Assembly: GCA_947625725.1 (NCBI GenBank)
Contig: CANQPI010000001.1
Span: 22,085-86,084 of the forward strand
DNA length: 64,000 nt
Source: an uncultured Clostridia bacterium
GTDB lineage: Bacteria > Bacillota > Clostridia > Christensenellales > CAG-314
Direction of reading: 5' to 3'
Every line of letters begins with the position of its first letter. Positions within the stretch are counted from its first letter, which is position 1. The position numbers were made by a program, and so were the translations under genes. Positions 14,986 to 21,485 of this stretch are shown in pieces. A model generated the notes under the pieces. It saw only the letters and a list, made by a program, of their open reading frames with translations, did not search any database and was not told where the DNA came from.

Positions 14986-15384
14986 TTATTTGTCTGTGTA
15001 AATGTGGTTCTCCTCTACTTTTTGGTAAGGGTTGTCAATAAAGAACGAGATTAAAAACGACCCATCCTCTAGTCCAGTACCGTTTATGTTAATCGCTTTG
15101 CATTGTGATAATGTAGAAATGAAACTTTTCATGTTATTCTTTTCATCTCCAATTATCAGGTCGTTGGCGAACCGCAGCGCTATCTCAACAAATTCTTCGC
15201 CTTCGCGGACAACGCTATATTCAATAGCGCCCTCATTTTTATCTGCAAGCGTTTGACAGTAATCGAGAACTTGTATCACAACTGACGCTTTTTCTGGGTC
15301 TACAATATAGTTCCCTTCTCTACGTTTGGCGAGATGCTCTAAATACGCCTCGCCTAATAGTTCGTTGAATTCTTCTTCGGTCAT
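14986..15384 (-). CDS. hypothetical protein
   Basis: Start at M16 (AGGAGG + 5 nt). Confidence 0.7.
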   Translation of the reverse strand: MTEEEFNELLGEAYLEHLAKRREGNYIVDPEKASVVIQVLDYCQTLADKNEGAIEYSVVREGEEFVEIALRFANDLIIGDEKNNMKSFISTLSQCKAININGTGLEDGSFLISFFIDNPYQKVEENHIYTDK

Positions 15385-15683
15385 ATGTCCTCCTGACGCA
15401 CAGAGGACAATCGATAGCCCCCTGCGCAAATATAATATTAAACTGCGCAGCGGCTATCAGCCACTCAAATAAGCAAACAACCCGTTAAAAAGGAGCGGGT
15501 GGTGCATATCGCACCACCCCAGTGGAAGCAACTCGTAAAAACGAGTACACAACCAAATGCGCCAAGCCAGCGGCGCAACGCTACGCCCTCAGCCAGATGG
15601 GCGTTACGCATTATAAATATATCACTCCGTTTTGGAAAAGTCAATCAAAAAAACATTATTCCAAGACAGAGGCTTGGGGACTA

Positions 15684-16436
15684 TTATTTTTTCACCCTTC
15701 TGAAGCCGTCAATTCCATATTTGCCGTTTGTAAGCAGGCGATATGCGACATCAACTAGGATGCGAAGCAAGTAGGTGTCATTCGACACGCGAACCGTCAA
15801 GCGCGCCTTGTTGCTCTTTTTACCATATAGGTCATCGAGATACGCGACGTCGTGGGTGTTGCATCTAGTCAAAGCACAACCCTCGGGCAGTATGTCGTCA
15901 AGTATGCCCTGAAGCAGTTTGACTACTTTGGTATTGCTATCGGGCGTCCCGCCCATTTCGATTTTCTGTGCTGCTTCGCGCAAGTAGTATGTTGTTGCAA
16001 TATCCTTCGCGGGTATGCCCAACGATTTAGCGGCACGCAAGCATAGCAATTGGTTAAGTTTGCTTACGGAATGCGCCCATTCCGTATCGATTTTTGCCCT
16101 CTTGCAAAATGCAAGCAGGTTGATTTGACGCTCTTTGTCGACCAATTCGACCGAAATGACCGCATTGGCGTTTGTCTTGTCGTGGGATTCGTGATGCCCA
16201 AATGTCTTGTATGCGTATGCCTTGATAACATCAGGCACGGCATTTTCGGTGCCTATGAACTTGTCATAAAACGCATTGGCAGCCATCTCGCCATACTGCT
16301 TCTCTAAGGCAACAAGGTTGTCCATAGATGTACTGTATGCCGCGCTGTCGACTGGTTTTTTGCCAAGTATAGCGTTGACCTCTTTGACAGCATCACGCAA
16401 TTTCGCCTCGACCGTTTCCATTGTGATTTGTTCCAT
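15684..16436 (-). CDS. hypothetical protein
   Basis: Start at M11 (AAGGAG + 9 nt); 250 aa. Confidence 0.75.
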   Translation of the reverse strand: MEQITMETVEAKLRDAVKEVNAILGKKPVDSAAYSTSMDNLVALEKQYGEMAANAFYDKFIGTENAVPDVIKAYAYKTFGHHESHDKTNANAVISVELVDKERQINLLAFCKRAKIDTEWAHSVSKLNQLLCLRAAKSLGIPAKDIATTYYLREAAQKIEMGGTPDSNTKVVKLLQGILDDILPEGCALTRCNTHDVAYLDDLYGKKSNKARLTVRVSNDTYLLRILVDVAYRLLTNGKYGIDGFRRVKK

Positions 16437-16461
16437 AATAAAACACTCCTTGAATGTATTA

Positions 16462-16542
16462 GGCAATCAGTTGGCTGCTATGCCATCCACGCCCGCCGCT
16501 GGGAGGCTTGCCTGTGGGCGCGAGGCTTGCATATAGCAAGCC
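16462..16542 (-). repeat. two-hairpin leader motif, copy 1
   Basis: GGCTTGC-tatat-GCAAGCC then CGCCC-[acaGGCAAGCCTCCCAGCGGC]-GGGCG, about 25 nt upstream of the RBS of gene 15684-16436. Confidence 0.6.
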
Positions 16543-16556
16543 CAAAGGAGGAAAAA

Positions 16557-16655
16557 ATGAAAAGGCTATGCCCAAGTGGCACAGTATTGACCGTTACGCA
16601 ATATGGTCACTTCATCACCAAACAAATACCATTGCTTGGCGGTAGAGAATTTTGA
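16557..16655 (+). CDS. possible 32-aa ORF antisense to 16566-16712
   Basis: AAAGGAGG 5 nt upstream of ATG; MKRLCPSGTVLTVTQYGHFITKQIPLLGGREF. Confidence 0.2.
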   Translation: MKRLCPSGTVLTVTQYGHFITKQIPLLGGREF

Positions 16656-16712
16656 TGACTTTTTGCCCGTACATTTATTGATGAACAAATACGTCGCTCT
16701 TTGTTTTAACAT
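16566..16712 (-). CDS. possible 48-aa protein
   Basis: Start at M19 (AAGGGG RBS), preceded by motif copy 2 just as gene 15684-16436 is preceded by copy 1. Confidence 0.35.
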   Translation of the reverse strand: MLKQRATYLFINKCTGKKSSKFSTAKQWYLFGDEVTILRNGQYCATWA

Positions 16713-16733
16713 AATCCGATCCCCTTGTTGTAA

Positions 16734-16825
16734 GGCAATCAGTTGACTATAACGCCATCCACCCACGCCACAGGGAGGCTTGCCATTGTGGGCAAGAGCC
16801 GCATATCATAAGCGACACGCGGCTC
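16734..16825 (-). repeat. two-hairpin leader motif, copy 2
   Basis: GAGCCGC-16 nt-GCGGCTC then GCCCAC-[aatGGCAAGCCTCCCTGTGGC]-GTGGGT, then ..TGGATGGC..CAACTGATTGCCT shared with copy 1. Confidence 0.6.
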
Positions 16826-17265
16826 CCAATATACCCGCATTGATGAAATGCGGAAGGAATTGTTTGATTATGTGTTGTTTGAAGTCTATACATATACATT
16901 ATCTAAAACATCAAAATGTACGCAATGCCCCTTGGGCAAGTGCGTAGTTCCCCTGCTGGCAGATTTTGATAACCGCCACGCCATAGCATTGCTTGAATAC
17001 TATGTGTATAACGGCTAAAAGGGTAGATGTTACGCAATGTACTTCTAAGACCGGCAATGTCCGCAAGCCGCGTTTAGGCTATCGCTACCTGTTGCCGTTT
17101 TCACTAACCGACACGCCGCAAGTCTACACCTATGCGGCTGAACCGTCGCCTTATTGCGTTTAAGGTTACGCTATGGTAATTCTATCGCCAACCATAGTTG
17201 GCTATAGCAACTTGCCGAATAGGTATCGTGCTATTAAAATAGTCGAACTTCTGACCTATTCGTTG

Positions 17266-17329
17266 CCCGCCCTACGCCACTGGGAGGCGTTGCTACGCAG
17301 GGCATAAGTCACCGCCGCACTATGCGGCG
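17266..17329 (-). repeat. two-hairpin motif, copy 3 (more divergent)
   Basis: CGCCGC-atagt-GCGGCG then GCCCTGCG-[tagCAACGCCTCCCAGTGG]-CGTAGGGC. Confidence 0.5.
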
Positions 17330-17344
17330 ATGACGCTCGTATGG

Positions 17345-17494
17345 TTACAAAGTTTCGTTGTATGTGCGCTCGAAGTCATCACGCAAGGCTATGCCTTCGG
17401 CATCATCGGGATTGATTGCAAGCAATGCCCGAATGGCACGCCGTGTCATCTCCTTGGTATCCTGCCGCGCCCTAATCTGTTGGGCAATGGTCAT
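17345..17494 (-). CDS. possible 49-aa protein
   Basis: AGGAGG 7 nt upstream of ATG; MTIAQQIRARQDTKEMTRRAIRALLAINPDDAEGIALRDDFERTYNETL; below the track cutoff. Confidence 0.45.
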   Translation of the reverse strand: MTIAQQIRARQDTKEMTRRAIRALLAINPDDAEGIALRDDFERTYNETL

Positions 17495-17528
17495 TCGTTA
17501 TCCTCCTGGAATGTTGGTCAATCGTCAC

Positions 17529-17599
17529 GCCGTTCGGTTGCCGTTGGACGGTTGCCACTATAAGGGACGAGCCGTCAACCCCTTTAGGGGTTAGGTTGC
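17529..17599. repeat. 71-bp dispersed direct repeat, copy a
   Basis: Identical to 17668-17738; contains GGTTGCC x2, CCGTTGGACGG, GACGAGCCGTC and the AACCCCTTTAGGGGTT palindrome. Confidence 0.9.
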
Positions 17600-17667
17600 G
17601 GCACCCCCCCCACACACGCGAGGGGTGTCGGCACAGCCTGCCCACATAGGCGGGCGCCGTCGTGGTT

Positions 17668-17738
17668 GCCGTTCGGTTGCCGTTGGACGGTTGCCACTAT
17701 AAGGGACGAGCCGTCAACCCCTTTAGGGGTTAGGTTGC
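17668..17738. repeat. 71-bp dispersed direct repeat, copy b
   Basis: 71/71 identical to 17529-17599 by direct comparison. Confidence 0.9.
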
Positions 17739-17879
17739 TCGCGGTGGTGGGTGTTCTGGTCGCCCCCTTCCCCTGCACCCTATCCCCCACCGACGTACGC
17801 ACACGCTCGCGGTGGTGGGTGTTCTGGTCGCCCCCTTCCCCTGCACCCTATCCCCCACCGACGTACGCACACGCTCGCG
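17738..17879. repeat. 68-bp tandem repeat, 2.1 copies; C-rich on plus strand, G4-type motif on minus strand
   Basis: Units 17738-17805 and 17806-17873 identical. Minus strand reads GGGGGATAGGGTGCAGGGGAAGGGGG in each unit. Confidence 0.9.
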
Positions 17880-17896
17880 TGTGTATATGTGTGCGT

Positions 17897-17932
17897 AAAA
17901 AAAATCCCGCAGGGATTTTGCACCCTGCGGGA
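17897..17932 (-). terminator. strong intrinsic terminator after the HTH gene
   Basis: Minus strand TCCCGCAGGG-tgcaaaat-CCCTGCGGGA followed by T8, 17 nt after the stop of 17949-18809. Confidence 0.8.
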
Positions 17933-17948
17933 CTGCGTTTCAACCCCT

Positions 17949-18809
17949 TTAGGGGTTGATGCGTGGCAAGTTCGTTTTGTCGGTTCCACCGAGATTTTCA
18001 ATCTCGGTGCGTATCCAAGTGCGTACCTCGCTTGCCATCGCTGATACGCGTTGCTTGCTTATAGCAAGCAATTTGGCGGTTTCAGCCGTTGGCTTTTTGA
18101 GTACTACGTACTCAAAGCACTTCCAGCGTTTGGCGGTAGCGTAGGGGTGCTTGCGTTTGACTTCGTCAAACGCGGCGACGAGCGCGTTGCCCTGCTTTGG
18201 CGTGGAGAAGTATTTCTTTGCCCCTAAAGGGGGCAAAGAGCATTCGTCCTGTTCGGGTTCAACCCCTTCGGGGTTGAGCGAGCAAATTTGCTGAGTGGCG
18301 AACCTAAGGTCACGGTCGCAAACCTCTTCCTTCGGAAGAGTTTTGCGGTCACGGCTCTTGTAGTCGTCACGGCTGTCGATTGCTTTAGCAATCGCCTCGA
18401 ACCCTCGCGTGATTGCGTGCGCGACGTTGCCGTCCCTGACAGCCTCGCACACCGCGAGGACGAAGTCCTCGCGCCATTCTTGCACCTCATTCGTAAGTTC
18501 TACGAACTTACGGGCACTGTCCACGAGGTCGTAGGGCAGGTATGCGTTGCGTGCGAGCGTTGCGTGCTTGCTTGCGACGGCGGCGGCATAGTGCAGGAAG
18601 TCGAGATGCCCGAAGTAACCTACCTCTACGAGGTAGGTTAGGTCGTCGATTGGGTAGCACTCAAGACTAAAAGTCTTGGCGAGTTCAACGAGGCGGCTGA
18701 GTTCGGCTTGCAGGTGGCTCTCACGGACTTCGTCCGTGAGGCTGTCGTCTGCGAGGGTTGCAATGACTTCGTCATTGGCGATTGCGTTTGTTTGTTGGCT
18801 GTGTTTCAT
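17949..18809 (-). CDS. HTH protein with sigma-70 region-4-like C-terminus
   Basis: Start at M31 (AAAGGAG + 5 nt). C-terminal FEYVVLKKPTAETAKLLAISKQRVSAMASEVRTWIR resembles sigma region 4 / LuxR-type HTH. GC-rich codon usage unlike neighbours. Confidence 0.6.
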   Translation of the reverse strand: MKHSQQTNAIANDEVIATLADDSLTDEVRESHLQAELSRLVELAKTFSLECYPIDDLTYLVEVGYFGHLDFLHYAAAVASKHATLARNAYLPYDLVDSARKFVELTNEVQEWREDFVLAVCEAVRDGNVAHAITRGFEAIAKAIDSRDDYKSRDRKTLPKEEVCDRDLRFATQQICSLNPEGVEPEQDECSLPPLGAKKYFSTPKQGNALVAAFDEVKRKHPYATAKRWKCFEYVVLKKPTAETAKLLAISKQRVSAMASEVRTWIRTEIENLGGTDKTNLPRINP

Positions 18810-18908
18810 TTTTGCTCCTTTGCCCCTACGGGGCAACCAACCGTCCGTGGCTTGCGTACCCCTTTGGGGTAGCGGTTGGCTCGGTGGGCTGGCTCCCACC
18901 TTGCCACC

Positions 18909-18917
18909 ATTGTACCA
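18909..18917 (-). promoter_or_regulatory. possible extended -10 (TGGTACAAT) for the HTH gene
   Basis: TGnTAcAAT on minus strand about 100 nt upstream of the ATG; three small hairpins in the leader. Confidence 0.3.
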
Positions 18918-19003
18918 CGCCGACGGCGGAATGGCGCAACGGATTTGCAGAGCAAATCCCGTGACGGGCGCGATAACTCACTTCGCGAGTGCATACGCCT
19001 AGG

Positions 19004-19080
19004 CACGCTAATATCCCACTTCGCGGGCGGGCGGGCGCTTGCACGCTAATAACTAACTCTCGCGCGGGCGCGGGCGGGCG
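19004..19080. repeat. 38-bp imperfect direct repeat x2 with GGGCGGGCGGGCG tracts
   Basis: CACGCTAAT at 19004 and 19042, each followed by a CGCGGGCGGGCGGGCG-like run. Confidence 0.6.
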
Positions 19081-19354
19081 TCTATCCTTGTCGCGCGCAC
19101 ACGTGCGGGCGCGCACTTAAGGTTTATTATTTCTTGGATATTTTGTTTGGGAAGTAACGTGGACGTGGGTTGCCTGTCGCTCTTGGGGGTAGGGGGTTGA
19201 GGGTATTATAAAATACTTAGTGGAAATCAAAGATACAAGAGGGTTTGCCGTCGTGGGGTTGGCGGTGTGGTAGTTGCTTGTTTGCTCTCTGGCGGTGGCA
19301 CTTTGCCACCGAACTCGCGGGGAAATAGTATATATAAAAATAAATAATTCGGGG

Positions 19355-19376
19355 GGCTTGCCTCCCTGCGTGGCGG
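19355..19376 (+). repeat. core of the GCCTCCC..GTGGCG motif in inverted orientation
   Basis: GGCTTGCCTCCCTGCGTGGCGG on the plus strand; other copies carry this core on the minus strand; followed by the 9-bp-stem hairpin 19379-19407. Confidence 0.4.
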
Positions 19377-19704
19377 TTGATATTATCTTTTTAGCGTAGA
19401 TAATATCGCAGGGCAGGGGCTATTTTACACATAAATTTATTATATAAATACACCAAAACAATATGTCAGTTCTCCTTCCATCCCACCAAAAAATCCCCGA
19501 CATTTTTACCCCAATTTTCCTCGAAACTCCGTTCGGAGATCTATCGTACACTAGGGAAAGTTTGCTCTCATGCAAATTGCCCTCGTTATCAAATACCCCG
19601 GGGTACAATTACACAAAAGCCCGCACAGTAGGACAAGTTGTCGAAGACGACAAAAAAAGCCCCTTTTATATAGATATAAGTTATGCTTATTTACGACAGT
19701 AAAA

Positions 19705-19750
19705 CTATCTACTATAGGGGTAAAGTATAAGCTATCTACACAGGGGTAAA
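19705..19750. repeat. direct repeats CTATCTAC-N2-3-AGGGGTAAA x2 (iteron/operator-like)
   Basis: 19705-19724 and 19732-19750 in the AT-rich divergent region. Confidence 0.6.
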
Positions 19751-19780
19751 CTATATATTAGTATATTAGAGTACCCAAGT

Positions 19781-19823
19781 AACAGAGAGTACAAATAATA
19801 GTACACACTAAACAGAGAGTACA
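19781..19823. repeat. direct repeats AACAGAGAGTACAA x2
   Basis: 19781-19794 and 19811-19823; additional AGTACAC words nearby. Confidence 0.6.
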
Positions 19824-20002
19824 ATTAAAATAAAAAAAATAAAAGAAAGATTTACATCAGTAAACATATAGTACACAAGATATGCGTATATAACTAATAG
19901 CTAAATACGCGTACTTATATTATGTTTACTAATAAACTATTTAATATTAGATAAATATTAGAAAAAAAATATAAATTTTTCAAATAAATTATTAAAAAAC
20001 TA

Positions 20003-20031
20003 TTGACAAGTACTCAATTATGTCGTATAAT
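20003..20031 (+). promoter_or_regulatory. sigma-70-type consensus promoter (TTGACA-17-TATAAT) for the rightward arm
   Basis: TTGACA 20003-20008, 17-nt spacer, TATAAT 20026-20031, AT-rich upstream. Confidence 0.7.
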
Positions 20032-20037
20032 ATGTAC

Positions 20038-20320
20038 AGGTAGAATAGAGAATCAAGATATTGGATAGAGAGTATTCGCTATTACCGCCGCCTTACGGGC
20101 GGGTTGCTAACTGCATCCTAAGTACCCTTGTATGCTTCGTACCCACACGGAGTTTGCGAGCGGAGCGAGCACCTAAGTTGTTTGAGCGTAACCTCCTCTC
20201 TATCTAAGTACAAAAAGTACGTTTTAGGATACCTTTCCTTTTTAGGGAAGAAAAAATTTCCCCCTACTATAGGGCGCAAATTTTCAAAAGTGCAACCCCC
20301 CTGGTTGCATTTTTTATTTT
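20038..20320 (+). ncRNA. about 280-nt structured leader or short transcript ending at an intrinsic terminator
   Basis: No ORF. Long-range pairs GATAGAGAG(20064)/CTCTCTATC(20196) and ATCCTAA(20115)/TTAGGAT(20224); internal hairpins. Terminator 25 nt before the first RBS. Confidence 0.45.
20291..20320 (+). terminator. intrinsic terminator
   Basis: TGCAACC-CCCCT-GGTTGCA followed by TTTTTTATTTT. Confidence 0.75.
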
Positions 20321-20344
20321 CTACGGGCTATTTTGGAGGCCAAA

Positions 20345-20734
20345 ATGTCGATTTTTTCTGTTCTGTTTTTAATGATTTTATTCCACGTTATTGATGACTT
20401 TTATCTTCAGGGCGTATTGGCTCAGATGAAGCAGCGCGACTGGTGGAGGAAGCACACTCCGGGCGATATGTATCGGTTTGATTACGTAGCGGCTCTTATC
20501 GTCCACGCCGTCAGCTGGTCTATTATGGTCACTCTTCCTATCTTTTTCGCGACGGCTTTCAATCCCCCATCTTGGATGTACTTGTTCATTCTCGTAAATG
20601 CGGTTATACATGCGGTGGTAGATCACGCGAAAGCGAATCGGCGCGTAATCAACTTGGTTGACGATCAGAGTATACATCTCGTACAAGTTTTATTTGAGTG
20701 GTTTTGCTACGGACTTTGGGTTTTGTTTAATTAG
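20345..20734 (+). CDS. DUF3307-like integral membrane protein
   Basis: Start at M5 (GGAGG RBS); HVIDDFYLQ motif and several hydrophobic segments. Confidence 0.7.
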   Translation: MSIFSVLFLMILFHVIDDFYLQGVLAQMKQRDWWRKHTPGDMYRFDYVAALIVHAVSWSIMVTLPIFFATAFNPPSWMYLFILVNAVIHAVVDHAKANRRVINLVDDQSIHLVQVLFEWFCYGLWVLFN

Positions 20735-20747
20735 AAGGAGTTTATTT

Positions 20748-21002
20748 ATGAATAAAAGTAAGATTGAGATTTCTGACGCTTGTTGTAGTTACCATTGCGA
20801 TAAATTTGATGACTGCGCGCGTGCGTATAAAAACAATGTTGGCTATTGCGTTCTACACGACTATGAGAATACAGCCTCGGCGTTCGCTTATCACGGGGCG
20901 GACGGTTTGCGTGAGGCCTGCGTTAGATACCGTTGCGGCGAGAACGGAAATTACAGGATGTTCACCTCGCGAGAGGAGTCGGGTAGTAATAAGGGGCGGT
21001 AA
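20748..21002 (+). CDS. hypothetical Cys-rich protein
   Basis: Start at M31 (AAGGAG RBS). Confidence 0.65.
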   Translation: MNKSKIEISDACCSYHCDKFDDCARAYKNNVGYCVLHDYENTASAFAYHGADGLREACVRYRCGENGNYRMFTSREESGSNKGR

Positions 21003-21023
21003 TAAGGGTAGTGAGGAGGAAAA

Positions 21024-21485
21024 ATGTTAATTTACAGAAAACGTTGGGTGATCATAAAGGACGACTCGGAAATATTCTGTGGGCTTGCGCGCAACTATCA
21101 ATTCAAGCATTTTGTCTCCATCGGCGATACAGCCATAAAGACTTATCGCAGCGAGAGAACGGCGCGGAGCGGGTTTCTTGCGAGTTGGCGGGATGCGCAA
21201 GAACTTATTGCGGCGGGCAGAATAAAATTCGTTAACATTACAGAGTCAATAGAGATGGATTCGGGGCGCGTGTACGAACCCGCGACTGATGCGACATGGA
21301 ATATCCAGTATATGTTGGGATGTTCAAACGGCGCCTACATCGGAACAGCGTATTGTCCTGCTTGTAATGCGGAACTCGCCCATTACACCGATTGGTATGC
21401 ACCGTCTGTGCCGGTGGAGTTGCTAAAACTGTGTCCTCATCGGTGCCCAAATTGCGGAGAAACACTAAGGAGAGTTAAGGAATGA
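21024..21485 (+). CDS. hypothetical protein with C-terminal zinc ribbon
   Basis: GAGGAGG RBS; CPACN...CPHRCPNCG. Confidence 0.75.
   Translation: MLIYRKRWVIIKDDSEIFCGLARNYQFKHFVSIGDTAIKTYRSERTARSGFLASWRDAQELIAAGRIKFVNITESIEMDSGRVYEPATDATWNIQYMLGCSNGAYIGTAYCPACNAELAHYTDWYAPSVPVELLKLCPHRCPNCGETLRRVKE

Noticed and set aside
17738-17879. CRISPR-like array
   Set aside because: The 68-bp units are directly tandem with no unique spacers. There are only about 2 copies and no cas genes.
17584-19116. Pro/Gly/Arg-rich ORFs on both strands across the GC-rich repeats (for example 17666-17959, 17751-18044, 17780-18001, 18826-19116 and 18676-19002)
   Set aside because: They are by-products of stop-codon-poor GC-rich repeats. 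They overlap one another and the real HTH gene, and they lack RBSs.
19420-19702. 62-aa (minus) and 79-aa (plus) ORFs in the divergent control region
   Set aside because: Neither has an RBS. They overlap each other antisense in AT-rich regulatory DNA.
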